This document shows, piece after piece, positions 1-13,800 of a stretch of DNA of 50,830 bases; positions within the stretch are counted from its first letter, which is position 1; every line of letters begins with the position of its first letter. Position numbers and translations under genes: made by a program. The stretch comes from Nemertoderma westbladi (Eukaryota > Animalia > Xenacoelomorpha), in contig JAUCBJ010007034.1 in assembly GCA_032718475.1 (NCBI GenBank), positions 1 to 50,830 of the forward strand. Direction: 5' to 3'. The notes beneath the pieces were generated by a model. That model did not search any database and had not been told where the DNA came from. It worked only from the letters and a program-made list of their open reading frames with translations.

Positions 1-1374
1 AGCAACTACTCTCAAGCTTCCTAGATTCTAGAACCCAATTTGTTTCTATCGGTAACCACCATTCTTCTAGTTTACCTATTACATGTGGTGTCCCACAAGG
101 CGCCACTATCTCGCCAATCCTATTCCTATTGTATATCAACGACCTTCCCAATGCTACCTCACTAATCTCAACATTATTTGCTGACGACACAACTCTTCAT
201 ATAGCTAAACCTAATCTGGACTCTTTAATCTCCATAACTAACTCTGAATTATCTAAGATTGCGGACTGGCTATCAGACAACCGTCTATCTCTCAATCTAT
301 CTAAGACTGAATATGCTATATACTCTAATTACCCTAATACTCACTCCGACCCAATACTAATTAACCATTCCCCCATTACTCGGAAACCACATTCTAAATT
401 TCTAGGGGTTCTAGTAGATGACAACTTAAACTGGAAATCTCACATTAAACATATTACGTCTAAAATCTCTAGAACCTCCGGAATATTCTACAAACTGCGT
501 CACATATTTCCCCTTCGTATACTTCGCCAACTATATTTTTCACTTGTACACCCCTATTTATTGTATGGCATTCTACTCTGGGGCAAAACCCATTCTTATA
601 CCCTACAACCCCTACGTATAAAAATAAACAAACTCCTCCGCTGTATTACTTTCTCGCACTACCGAGCTTCTTCTAAACCTATCTATAAGTCTCTCGGCAT
701 CCTACCTATTGACCTCCTCTATAAGCACCAAGTAGGATCCCTCATGTACGATGTAAACGCTAACTTATTTAAACCTGATTCTACTCTAGGCTCATTATTC
801 ACCAAAATTTCCTCTGTACACAGATATCCAACTCGCCTTGCTACTACGGATGGTTTCTCTATTCCGAAGGTCCGCCTATCTTCCTCCAAAGCTTCCATGA
901 ATTATCAAGGCCCTTCAATTTGGAACGCACTACCATCTCAATTAAAACACTCAAAATCAAAAAAAGCATTTTCGTCAGCGTATAAATACCACCTGTTAAT
1001 GTCCCTGTAGTTAGGCCCATGCCCACTTTTTATATCTCACCACGTATCTTTTATTATAGTCGCTGCCATTTATTGCCTCTCAAAGTCTTCTATCCCAGAA
1101 TGCTACTGCTACACTATTCGGCTGACCATCAATTATATCTTATACAATAAAGCTCAAAAACCAGACAAATTCTAGAGGAGCAGACACGCCCACCCACCCC
1201 CCCCCCCCCACCCCACCTCCAACCCATCAATTTCCAGTCGGAGTAGCAGGCTATACTAGCTTCGCTATTGTCTGCTACTTCGTCATCACCATCACCTTCA
1301 TCCAATGTTTGTATTGATTGTACTGAAATAGGAAATTGTTGAAAGGAAAAATAAATTGAATTGAATTGAATTGA
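1..1374 (+). mobile_element. 3' part of a non-LTR retrotransposon (L2/Crack/Daphne/CR1 group), cut by the window edge
   Basis: RT C-terminal ORF, then a 3' UTR with a stem-loop (TAGCAGGC..TAGCTTCGCTA..GTCTGCTA, ~1244-1278), AATAAA at 1350-1355 and a (TTGAA)n tail at 1356-1374. Confidence 0.9.
3..1010 (+). CDS. LINE ORF2 reverse transcriptase, C-terminal part (5' incomplete)
   Basis: Frame is open from nt 3: GVPQGATISPILFLLYINDL, LFADD, KFLGVLVDDNLNW, YGILLWG, GPSIWNALP. Confidence 0.92.
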   Translation, partial: QLLSSFLDSRTQFVSIGNHHSSSLPITCGVPQGATISPILFLLYINDLPNATSLISTLFADDTTLHIAKPNLDSLISITNSELSKIADWLSDNRLSLNLSKTEYAIYSNYPNTHSDPILINHSPITRKPHSKFLGVLVDDNLNWKSHIKHITSKISRTSGIFYKLRHIFPLRILRQLYFSLVHPYLLYGILLWGKTHSYTLQPLRIKINKLLRCITFSHYRASSKPIYKSLGILPIDLLYKHQVGSLMYDVNANLFKPDSTLGSLFTKISSVHRYPTRLATTDGFSIPKVRLSSSKASMNYQGPSIWNALPSQLKHSKSKKAFSSAYKYHLLMSL

Positions 1375-1610
1375 CGGCATTAGATTAGATTACAATATAT
1401 TTACGGGGAGGTGATCCGAAGTTGACTTCGATAGTTGCTACCTGAATGTCGGGGTGGGGCTACTGAAATGCAGCAAACTTCGCTCGCGTCCAATCTTCGC
1501 CTCCAAATGCATGTTTAACAACATAGTTTGATAAAAACAGTATTTGTAACCTACCGTCGCTGTAGCGCTACTCCTATATCAAGTTTTGTTTCCAGTAATT
1601 CAACTTGTAA

Positions 1611-1674
1611 CTTTGGCGGGGCTCGAACCTACAACCATTAGATTGCAGGCCCGCCGATCTACTAACTGAGCTAC
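1611..1674 (-). other. tRNA-derived (SINE head-like) Pol III promoter; not an intact tRNA
   Basis: Minus strand GTAGCTCAGTTAGTAGA (A box) ... GGTTCGAGCCC (B box) at tRNA spacing; stems imperfect. Confidence 0.6.
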
Positions 1675-3680
1675 AATTAAACTGATTTACTTACTTAAAG
1701 CCCGGCAGTTCCATTGTGTGGTTAACGGTAACTCTATCTCCGTCAGCATTATCATCACCTTCAGGTCCACTATTGCCCGTTTCGCATCTGTCAGACTCCG
1801 GTACATAAGCTGTGTTATCCACCATATTTCGTTTGAGTTAATATAATACTAATAAAGTTATAATATTTGGCTCATAAATGTTTCATAAATTTTTAATAAT
1901 TATACAGCCAATGTTATAAATTATACTAAAATAAAATACCTTCAAAGTTATTACAGTATACTATTTATGATTAATTAAGTTTTTAGGAAGCATTAAAGTT
2001 ATTCATAAAAATTGTAATTGGTACATTCGAAGTATAGTAATAATGTAGTCTTACCCACACACAAATTGTATGCTAAAATATAAGTTTGTTACACTAGTGG
2101 TGCTAGTCCGTTATATTTAGTATTAGGATATTATTCATATGTATGATGTACTGTACTTAGCGATAAATAAGGAATGAGTTGTACGAATAAAACTAATAAT
2201 GTAATATTATTAATAAAAGTTAGATTGTTGCTCATTAACGAATCTATTAAACATTCACACTTCACTGGTTGAGACCGCTATGTGTAACTGAAAGAAACGT
2301 GAACGCCATTATAAACTAAACTGCCAATCATTTGTATTTTAGGTTACAAACATATTTGTAAAATTATATACTGTACTGTATATTAGTTAAGTTTAGTTAA
2401 TTTTATTAATATTATTATTATTATTACTATTTTATTAATTATTTTAGTTAATTTTAAAATTAATTTAACTGTACAAAACTTCACGATATAGCGCACTCTC
2501 TAACTTGAAAAAGTCAAGCAAGGTGTAGAATTTGGTAACTTTTAGGAAAATTCTCAATGATGCCAGTTGGGCATCAATACTACGGCTACAATGGCTACAA
2601 TACCATGTCTGCAATATGGTTGGTGCGCGAAAACATTGTTGGTCTATAAACAATAATAGAGAAAGAAAGTGGTACAAGGTGCCCGGACCGAGTAACGGTG
2701 TGTGATATTTTTTGTTAAACTTTTTGGTTTATTTAATGCGGTAATGACAAACTACAGTAAGATCTAATTTATTTACAGTAGTTATAAAAGTTGAAATTTT
2801 ATAATAATATATTATAGATTTTATTTAGTTTTATGATTTATTATATTATTTATTTTATTTTATTCATAGAGTTTTTATTCATTAAAAAATTTTCATTAAA
2901 AAATTTTTTTTTATTATATTACTAAATGAAATTTGAGAACAAAAGCAATTCACATTAAGACTAAATAAACAAAATTTTGCGCAAATCTACAATATGATGT
3001 ATGAATGTACTGTACAAGTAAGTGATTTATGTAAATTAATAAAAGGGCGTGGATTTACGATGAATCATAACCGAACCCCTCCCAAATCTAACAAAAGTAT
3101 CAATTCATGTTGTTAAGGTTGTTATCTAATAACTGCAACTGCCTATGCCTGAATGATCCAGTTATTAAACCAACTACAGTATCAATGAACAATGACAGTT
3201 GGTTGTTGGTTGGAGTTTAGTAAATTATGCACCTTCTTTCCGAGAAATACCAAGGATGAGTTACGTACCAAACCAAATGAATGACAAATAACTCCCCCCA
3301 CCTAACCCAAGTGTATCATGACACTCCAATGACATGCCATTTGCGTAACCATAGCAACACCAGTAATGCGCTTCCCACTTATGATACAATTTGAAGGGCC
3401 TCTCTCTATAATGACAGGCCTTTGTGTAAATAAATGGTAAATTAATTAAGTAACGTCATAAATGCCACTCAACCATTGGCTTAGTTTGAGGCTTCGAAAT
3501 TATGCGTACCGGCAGTTGCGGGGGGCCAGTGTGCCTCATATGAACCAGCAACATTCACCTTTCAGTTATACTGTATAAAAGACAGAACACTTTCGTGGGC
3601 CTTCGCGAAGCACGATACTCAGTTAACCTGAGAAGCTGTGATCCGAGTACTTGGAGGTATTACAATACGCCCTGTACCCG

Positions 3681-4020
3681 TACCAAGTTTGGTTTAAATC
3701 ATCAATGATTGACCGACGTATTTCGGTTTCAAAAAGTCTGAAACTACCGTTATCGACTGACAGACTGTCTCATTTTTTTTTTTACCAAAATTTAGATTCC
3801 TTCTAAAATTTTCACGGACTGCATAAGTACCAAGTTTGGTTAATTTCAGGAATGATTGGCTGACTTATTTCGATTTTTATCAAAAGTCTGAAACTAACGG
3901 TACAGACAGACAGACTGTCTGATTAACAAAACTTCAGAATCTTTCTAAACCTTTGACAGACCACATGTTTACCAAGTTTGATTTAATTTTATTAATGATT
4001 GACATAATATATTTTGGTTT
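3681..4020. repeat. About 2.5 tandem copies of a ~145-bp unit with GACA microsatellite (Helentron/HINE- or pearl-like non-autonomous element)
   Basis: TACCAAGTTTG at 3681, 3828 and 3970; AAAAGTCTGAAACTA and GACAGACTGTCT recur. Confidence 0.6.
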
Positions 4021-5110
4021 TTATTTTACTCGCTTATGTAATCACTAACTTAGTAACAATAAACATCTAGAGCCCGTATTCAGTATTATTCATTGATGAA
4101 AGGAAGTATATTTATTTATTTGTATGGAATTAATTTCGCACTATCAAATCGCCAGGGTGACATATTTTCTAACTTTATATCGCAGTGCGACATTATTTCT
4201 CAGTATGTCCCTACGCCATGCATTTACTATAATTTATTATTGGTGTTATAAAAAAAAAGTTATAATACATTTACAATGTGTTTCCAGTATATCCAGTATG
4301 TCACCGCGTCATTATTATGTTGTTCTAGAAAGTTTAATTGCATAACTTAACTACAACATGATTCCACACAAATAAATAAAATTAGATTCGCCATTGTTCA
4401 TAATTAGCACATTAAAGCTTTTACCGCCCTTGTTCTATTATCCCATGCCCTAACGCTATAAAGTGTTATTTTATGAACAATGACGTTTTATAGTTAGTAT
4501 GCTAAGTGGAGGTATTTTTTACTGCACAGTTGTCATAGCAACTGCAATTAATTACACAAAATAAATTATGAAATACATCATTCTTATTAAACAAGGCAAT
4601 TTTAAAGTGAATATTTAATCATATTAATATTAATAATTAAAATAATGTACATCAGTATTGAAACAATTTAGTGTTTTAGACAGACCCATGTTTTTTTAAT
4701 GTAAACCCCCCTCGCTGCGCTCGTTCGGTATATAAATACATTCGCGTCATATCGTTGAAAAGTGCCTCTTTCAGACAATGAGGTAAATAGTTATTGGATT
4801 TCTCACTATTAACAATAATATGCGGAAGTAAATAAAGGAATAACAAGGTGTGGGGCGAGCCACGAAGTGAATGAGCCTTAGCGTAGGGGTACCATTAATC
4901 AACCTGTCGTTCTGTCCTGTCGTTCCGTTCTGTTTTTGCAGTGTTCAATTTTGAACGTTAATAACTCGATCAATCCTCGATGAAATGTAACCAAACTTTG
5001 TAGACAAATTGTCTGTCAAAAGTTTAGAGTAAAGTTTAAATAAGTAAAGCAAAAGTCAAGTTTATAAATATTACGCGTACTGTAGGCCTAATCGAGGGTA
5101 AATTTGTATA

Positions 5111-5172
5111 AGACTTATACTTATTCTTATACTTATTCTTATACTTATACTTATAATTGTACAAGACTTATA
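5111..5172. repeat. (CTTATA/CTTATT)n microsatellite
   Basis: Visible hexamer iterations. Confidence 0.8.
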
Positions 5173-5325
5173 CTGTAGGGTAATTTATTCGATTTAAGGT
5201 CTAAAGAATACTACGCGTAATCGAGGGTAGTGTCACAGTGTTTGTAACAAGATTTCAATATTGCACTTTCTAATATCGTTGTACCTAAAAATAATATTAG
5301 TAAAAAAACATTCAATAATATCATC

Positions 5326-5461
5326 TGGGGCGAATGCACTTGGAAGTTGGGGCGAATCAGTCAACTGTCCAAGTCGATTCGCCCCAAGTCCATATGCCCC
5401 TAAAATGTGGGGCGAATCGACTTGGGGCGAAAAGATCGAGTGGCGAATCGACCCGCACCCG
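5326..5461. repeat. Cluster of TGGGGCGAAT(CGAC) motifs in both orientations, likely the subterminal region of a MITE
   Basis: About 6 copies of GGGGCGAAW, one inverted (GATTCGCCCCA); matching other end not found in the window. Confidence 0.45.
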
Positions 5462-5868
5462 GTAGGACAAGTAATGGATTTTATATTCCTAGCTAGCCAG
5501 TGGCATCGCTCTTTGCTTGCCTACCTGACTACTCCCTGACTACCTACCGAGCTATTCATTTATTCTCAACCTGTTTAACTGATATTCCTACAGAGTCTGT
5601 TAATATATTTATTGCTTTAGCTAAACGACATATTTAATAATGATTGTCAATAATAAGGCTTATATCCAAAAGTGTTTATTTCTCAAAATCATTATTTTAT
5701 TAATTATGATTATTTAATTAATTATACTTATTATTTTTTGATAGGATTTAGGTGTAGGCCTATTTGAATTGTCTAAGTTTTTACAGTGAGGCATTAACAA
5801 AGGGTACAGGTAAATTAAATTAATTATTTGAATATCTTTCCTACATCGACTGCATTTAGCTGTTTAGG

Positions 5869-6170
5869 CTGCGTTGATTATATTCCTATAAAATACCTGG
5901 CTTCGCATATTGATTGCATCGATAGTTATAAAGATCGCCAGTCTGCGTTTAGGAAATATATTTAAATACAAATCAGGACGAGCGCAACCAGGATTATAAT
6001 GAAGACAAGTACTGCGTTGACTATACTCCTATAAAACACCTGGCTTCGCATATTGAACGCATCGATAGTTATAAAGTGCAAGTCTGCGTTTATGGAATAT
6101 ATTTAAATACAAAACAGGACGAGCGCAACAAGGCATATAATGAAGACGAGCACTGCTTTTATTATATTCT
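5869..6170. repeat. Tandem duplication, ~143-bp unit x2 plus a partial third
   Basis: CTGCGTTGA.TATA.TCCTATAAAA.ACCTGGCTTCGCATATTGA at 5869 and 6012. Confidence 0.85.
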
Positions 6171-6540
6171 AAATTTTAATTTGTGTCTCATAAATGAGCC
6201 TAGTGCTGCGCGAAGTCCCCACGAACGTGTTCCAACGTATAACACCTGCTGCCGGAATATACTCTGTAACTTTATCTTCTAAATTACAATAGTAACCAAT
6301 TTCACAAAATTTACACGAAATAGGTGTCGAAATAATGTCGTAATTTTAGGAATGGTATACGAACCCCAATGGTCGTCCTAAAATATAATAGTTTAGGACG
6401 CCTTGACTTAACCCTGCGTTACCTGGAAACAATAATTCTTAATTTACGAATATATTATAGTTGTTGTATATTTTTATAGTATTGAAACCAACTTCTAGCT
6501 AAATGGAGCCAGGGTGGATTAAATATTAAATTATTTGGAG

Positions 6541-7077
6541 ATGGCCAGCATATATAATAATGCTGACAATGTAGACCTAATTAATATAAAAGAAACTGAT
6601 AAGGAGATAATATTTACAAAGTCTAAACATTCTAAAAAACTAGAAACATATAAAGATGAAAATAGTACCGAAAAAGAACCAGTTAAGGAAACACGGGATG
6701 ACGTAGTGGAGGAATCCAAAGAAGCACAAAACTATATATCTATCGAACGTGAAGACAGTGAATTAATGTTCACGAAAAGAAACGAAATTAAACATCAGAA
6801 TAATTATAATAATGCAAAAAATAGTGGTGATGATCCAACAGATAATTCAAATTTTCATGAAACAGCCAAACTATGCGAGGAATGCAATGCTTCCATAGCT
6901 AAATCTAGCAGGACAATGTTAGAAAATAGTGAAGGAATTGAGAGAAAAGAAGATCAATTGGTTGAAGAAAATAATGACATATTTTTAGAATCACCTATGT
7001 TTTCTCTGACGTCCACGTCACAGTTAGAAGTAGAAGGTTTCGGGGAAAGATTCAGTGATTGTTTGGAACAATGGTTG
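6541..7077 (+). CDS. Candidate coding exon of an unknown host gene (acidic, E/N/K-rich, probably disordered)
   Basis: Purine-rich open frame of ~180 codons in AT-rich DNA; acceptor TTTTTATAG at ~6479; possible donors at 7074 and 7078; a frame-compatible short last exon may lie at ~10909-10975; no recognisable domain. Confidence 0.4.
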
Positions 7078-8628
7078 GTATGGTTTGTATTACTTCAATT
7101 ATTATATAATAGGTACTGCTTCAGTATGCGTACACCGTACACACCCCACCAAATTTATTATACTAATTAGTTTTTGATAATTTCTTTTTTTGAAATGTTC
7201 TAGAACATGTTAGCTAGTTGTTTACAAAAATTAAGGCTTGGGGCTGAAAGGCCGAAGGTTGATAATATAATAAACTGAGTTCTGGTTATCGTTGTTAATT
7301 GTCTCAGATATATAAGTACTGGTAATACAGCACAATCAGTATAGCACAATAGTAACAGTAACGTCGGTGACGACGGTTAAAACCGTTTGACTTCTACACT
7401 GAATAATTGCCAACTAACGCAACCAATAATATTGGGCAACGGATATATACAGAATATGGATAATTTATTACACACGGTTCTACCTAGAAGTCCTTGGTTC
7501 TACCTCCATGTTGACCTGCTAACAGATAACACGTTTACTGGCCAAGTGCTAGCCGCCCCCCATTGGCTGGTTTTCCCCTGCTGTCACTCCCTACCTACCT
7601 TCTTTGGCCCTATGCTAGCTTCCCTCTTGAGATGTGTTAATATCTCTCCAAGCTGACATTATTGCCCTGTTTCCTTGTCCCCTTCTGGTATGCAATATCA
7701 TATTGGATCTGATATTGCCTACTCAATTGTGATTCGTAAATCACAATTCCCCATTCTCTCACTGGGTGGTGTGCAGCGAATGTATACGGTAACACTCCCC
7801 CCATGCTATCTTCCCGGTGAGAAGATAGCATCATCCAATAAGTGCGCTCCATTCCGCTGGAATCCAATCTAATATTGGATGTGGGGGGAAAATATCTATG
7901 TATCGTGGCGTCTCTATTTAGACGATCGCCCCCCCTCCTAACTCGATTTTGAATTTGATACTGCTGTCCAATCTCAAATCCCCCCACTTCTGACTCACTC
8001 CACTGGTCCCATGGGACTCATCCTCCACCCGGCTCGCTCCCCACATTCCCGAATTTCTTAGATATATTTGCTTAAAACATTTATGAGCTTCCACAAATTG
8101 TACTAGCTAATATCATAATTTAATTGAAAAATTTAAAAATAATAAAAAAAATGATTTTATTTATTTTATACATGTTTTGTAATCATCCTATGCTTTTTAA
8201 AAACAAGCCAGGCTTTTATCAAAAATCTAAAAAATGTTCTAAACATAAAATATTTGTTCTAGAACATTAATTTTTTCAAAATAAAATTGCTAGGGCATGT
8301 TCTGGTACATTTCATAATAAGAAGTCATCAAAAACTATTTTTAAATTTCTTAGCTATTTTGATACAACAAGCCGTTAAAAAAAATGCCTTTTTGAAATAT
8401 TTAGCCACCCACGTCGGCTTTATTTTTTATCTTTGGAATGTAATCAGGATATTGTTAGAACCGGCTTCATCTGCAGATTCCCAATCTGAAAAAGTTTTTA
8501 AATTTCATTAAAAATTGCCAAACATATTATGTGTAAATTTGTATTAATGTGATATTAATTGCAAATTTAGAGACGTAATACGCTATAATTCTAATATTGT
8601 TTTTTGTTTTTATTCTAGAACATTAGTA

Positions 8629-10558
8629 CCCAAGCAACATTTCGATAGACAAACAATATTAAAATGATGTTATATCAGAAAGTCCTCACGATATTGACTT
8701 TTCCATCCGGTCAACATACATACAATATTAGTTACTAATATTGGGTTACGGTGGGGTCATGATGTCTTCCGATTAGAAATCAGATGCTCATCTCAAACTA
8801 ATATTGGTATAATATACTAGTACGATATTCTCAGAATGTTCATTGATATATTTGATTATATCCTATGGATATCATGTACAGTATATGATTTGATATCGTA
8901 ATATATATCCTCCCGATATTGACTTTTCCATCCTCTCCTTATAAATATTATATCAGTAACTGCTATTGTTATAATATATCCTTGCTACATACACCGTGGA
9001 TATCAGTGTACATAGATATTCTCTTTAGCCCCCAGATCCCATTGATATCAGACTTCTATGCAATTTACACATTATTGGTTCCCCAGTAGGGAGGGGGCTT
9101 AATTATCCCATACGTTCAGTTCGCGAGAACCCACATATTATTGCAAGCCGATAGATTAAAATGAAATACTAAATAACACTTAAATTGCACTATATTTATT
9201 ATTCATATTCATATTAACCTTTATTATTATTAATATTAACACAATTATTAGCCCAACACAAAATTAACAATAATCCGCTATGGGGGTGGGGATTATTAGT
9301 GTGATAGTTTGTGTGATACTACAAATAACCGCTGCACAGCTCACTACTATAACCCACTCGTTTTTTGTAATGTACGGTGCCACCCTCCATAGAAGATTTA
9401 TTACTTATATTACTAAAGGTTTATAGGAGATCTTTTGAGACAGTTTTTATTTTTCTGTTAGAAAGATGAGGGGAAAAGCCGTAAATTAGAAAACCAAAAA
9501 CCCGGATAAAATTGTAAAAAAAACACGAAAATCTCTGCATCTTGCAAATAACGAAAATCTACAGTAGCTAATAGAAAGCGGCGCGAATCAATCAATGAAA
9601 AATGTACTACGACAATAACTAACTATTATTATTTTACTACTATTTACATGGATTAAAAATCAGATTCAAAGCCATTTTCTTCCTCCACTACCCAAATCAT
9701 TTCTGCTAGAAGTAAATTTTTCACACAAATTAACATATAGGCCTACATTTGGGTCGAATCGGATACCAATATACTGTATTGCCGATTTCTGTTTCCCACA
9801 CATTATTGCACAAGATGGCAATTGACAGTGATATATAGGCTAGTCTAATTGTCTCTATGCAATAACAACATGTACTCCTAATGTGTAGTTGCTAGCGTGG
9901 GAAAGAAAACTGTTATGTTTCGTATATTGTGAATAGGCCAGCGGATATTTTTCGTATATTCCACGTTTGTTAACAAATTGTTCCCACGTCCACGTGCAAC
10001 ATACGCAAAATATACGCACGCCTTCTCAAAACGATATACGAACAATAACCGTAATAAATCCCACCACTTTGCGTACATTGTCTGTATATTATTCTCAGTA
10101 TATTTAATATTCTTGCTCATCGTATAATATGCTGAGATAATATACAAAAAATATCAGATAAACATCGTATTTGCACTCTTTACTTCCAGAAAACTATAAA
10201 TATGGATTACGATATCAGCATTACATCGTCAACATGTATGGAAATCAGGAGTTATTTTAGTCAAAAATTTATTCCCATGAATAAATTCCTTTGTCGTTTA
10301 CTGATATAACTGGAATAACATATACATGCACAGAATATCGCTAAAAATAAATCTGATATTGCGTTTATCGGAGGTATATCCTTCAGTCACCTGATATGTT
10401 GGAAAAGTTAGTTACATGCAAATGTTACAAGAGGGCTACAACAATGTTGTATATTAAAATAAATGTCACAAGAGGGCCACCAAAATATTAAAAACATATC
10501 TACAAATTTGGGAAAACGGATATCCGACAGATACGACGGATATCGCATGCTGCTTGGG
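8629..10558. mobile_element. Non-autonomous TIR DNA transposon (EnSpm/CACTA-like, CCC termini)
   Basis: TIR CCCAAGCAACAT / ATGCTGCTTGGG flanked by TA on both sides; GATAT(C)-rich subterminal regions at both ends; no transposase. Confidence 0.65.
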
Positions 10559-11812
10559 TAATTATTTAGTTGAGCTTTTAAAACTCTCAATTTTTCAAAA
10601 AATTGCAAAAATCTATCTTTTAAAAAAATTTAAAGTGGGTGCAAGCATACTTCACAATTACCAATGATTTTAAAATTTAGTATTATCCGAGCCAGTGGTA
10701 TATATAACATCTGCTCCACAAGTGAATCTTTAGGTTTTGTTTAGTTGTTAAGGATACAATAAATACTTTTAGGTCTACAACAGCAATCTATAAGGAATTA
10801 ATAATAATGATATATATAAATTCAATGTGTATATAATGAATTATTATATGTTTAGAGATCTACTTTAATATATTACGTCTTGGTAATACAGCTGTAATTG
10901 CATTTTAGTTTGCAGACTAATTCAAACACCAACCGAAGAAAATTGGATGATTGTTTTCGAATTCAAATGTTTTGAATTGTATTTCTTGTAAATTACAATA
11001 TTGGTAAATGGATGTCTAGAGGCTGGGATACGAAAAGAAATAATGTGCATATTGTATTATCTTAGGAACTACTTATTAATAATATTACAGATAGATACAT
11101 ATAATATAATATAATATACAGTATAACAAAGTAATAAGAATAATAATATAAAATAAGTGTAATATTTTATTGTTGGCTAAATTTTTTTTCAATTTAATTT
11201 ATGGATCTAAAATTCGTAGATCGTAGATGGTGCGGGTAGTATAGTGGGGAGAAACAGTATCGGGTACAGAAATGAACGAAGCGCGGGCACGAGGGAGCAC
11301 AGTGAGTACAGGTATAACATAGATGGAGTCGAGGAAGATGCGGCTAGCGATATGAACCAATATTACTAGGATGTTGGTATGGATTATAGCTATCGCTTTA
11401 CAGAAGAAGAAGAAAGGCCGGATTATTATATACAAGATAGATACTATACGCCACGAACTATTAAATTCAGCATTACCTTTAACTATATAGGTTTGTGTTA
11501 TGTTATTAAACATTTGCTTAAACTCAACTCACTATCAATTGCGTCAATTTGGAAAAACTAGTCTTTACAACTACTACATATACTACTACAGTGTAATCGG
11601 CCTGAAAATTTTGGTCTTCTTGGAGTTAAAAAAAAGATCAAAGGCTGAGGAGCTGTTGAGCTCCCTCTAGTTTCACACTCCCTCACATTTCATAAAAACC
11701 GCCGGTTTGAAAACTGTATGTTTTCACAGTCTGCTAGTATACTCGCTAGTATAGTGGTAGTATACTCTGCTTGGCATAGCTGTACCGTACATTTTGGACT
11801 AATTTTAATTGC

Positions 11813-13800
11813 TTGACTAATTTAATTTATAAGCAGAATAGCCAGCCATTTATCATACGACCACACGCTACCAGGCACCAGGAGGATGCCCGTACAACAT
11901 TCCCCAAGGAAAGAGCAGGGAGCGCCGCACACATGCAGCAGGGGTCCGGCGCGGCACCCCCGCCCCCGCTAGATGAACTGACTGCGCCGAGCCGTCGACT
12001 GACGTCAACAAAGGAACCCAAAACAGCGGCGGATAAACCAGATAAACCCTAGTTTAACCAAGGTACACCCAAGTCGGGTAGATCCGGTCTTCCATACAGC
12101 CAATGACCCGGCTTGGGTGGGCTCATCTACCACATCCATGGACCCAAGACCTATAAGGTGGGAACTTAATAGTTTAAGTACATTCAACCCTGGGAGCGAT
12201 GACATACACGCTGTGCTAGACAGCTCTCTGTACAATAAGGTCAATCAAAACTCTAGTTCTCCTCCTGAGAATTATTTTTGGGGAAACCAATTTGTTGATC
12301 CTTCCTTTGTTAATGTACATGAATCTATTGACTTTCTTCAACGGCAACGAAGTAGTATATTTAGGTGGTATTAATAAAGGTAACCCCGCAATAGGGACAC
12401 CAATCCACAATACACAAACACTTGGCCCTATTCCCCCACAAGCAGTCATTACTATAGGGACCCCCATTACACCAACTGAGGACTCCTATACGGGTACCGC
12501 TTGGCCCACCCCCACAGTAGAATCCACGGCTAGCCCCTGTGTCCCACATAGACAGATCACAGTCGCCAGTGCACCACCATCCCACATGTCTCCCTGTGTA
12601 AATGAACTGAAAAGGAACAACCCCGGGGGCTGCCGAAGGAAACACCAAGAGGTAGCGGGTTCTGGTTCCACAGATTATTCTATTCCCCATCCCCAGAAGA
12701 GCATCAAACCCACAAGCCGTATACGAGAAGTAAGGCCAATTTTTTTAAGGTTAAAACACTGCAACCGAAAAGGAACGCAAACCCACCTAAACGCTACATG
12801 AAAAATCAGAACCCCATACCACCGACTCCTTCAATTATTTCTTCAGTAGGAATGGGTAGGGGCATGGAATACTAAATATACACCTATATATCTATATTTA
12901 GTATTCCATGGTAGGGGTCCATTCTCCAAAATTCCAACGACCATCACAGAAGGAGTCAAAATCAATGCTTCAGTGGACTTTGGTTCTGTGCATACTGCTC
13001 CGACAACCTCCAACAATGGTCGTGGCTCGGTTTCGAATGCTCTGATGACCTCAAAGGTCTCTCCTGGTCCAGTCTTTGCTGCTCCATTGGCATCAACGGT
13101 TGGTGGTGGTTCGGTTTTGAATGCTCCGACGACCTCAAAAGTTCGTTTCGGTTCGGTTTTCATTGCTCCAACGACCACCCGAGGTGGGTTTGGTCCAGTT
13201 TTGAAAGCTCCAATGACCTCAAAAGTTTGTTTCGGTTCAATCCTTACTAATATCCAAACTCACCAAAAGACTGTCACAGTACCTTATTGTATACAGGTTG
13301 ATACTACCGTCGGCAACAGTGCCCAGCAAGCTTCACGCGGCATCTCTGCAGGGTGATGCTGGCTTAGCAGTGAGATGTTGCCATAGTTGTATAATTACAT
13401 CCCATTGCTTATTATTATTGTTATAGACAATGTTGTGCACTCCGCGCAGCTATCCAGGTACCTGGTGTCTTCAGCAGTTACAGCCCAGCATGGGCTACCA
13501 TAGAGCAGCACAGAAAATGCGTAACTTTAAAGAGCATGATACTGTATATCATATATATATATTGTATATTATATTATATATATATATTGCATATATATTG
13601 TATATCATAGTTTGTATATGGCATACAAGGGTTTACTTTTGCGAATTCGTATATCTTCACGAGACTGATCTCACATGATCCAAGGTAGCAGAAATCATTT
13701 GCTTGACTTACCTGTCCTGTCTTACGTTATCATGATAAATAAATCTGCTGACCTGAGTCCATTTTTACTCTGAGAATAATCCAATGAAGACAAAGGGGGA
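11813..13800 (+). mobile_element. Possible degenerate LTR-retroelement remnant
   Basis: GC-richer island with broken frames; Gag-like LSTFNPGSDDIHA (~12170); integrase-tail-like PKRNANPPKRY (~12765-12798); purine tract AAAGGGGGA at ~13792; no LTR pair found. Confidence 0.25.
12960..13250. repeat. Degenerate 45-bp (15-codon) tandem repeat, ~6 units
   Basis: Minus-strand translation repeats FEVVGAFKTEP-like units; the plus strand is also open. Confidence 0.7.

Noticed and set aside
7260-8050. Possible solo LTR or small coding region
   Set aside because: No TSD or partner LTR found, and the ORFs have no recognisable motifs
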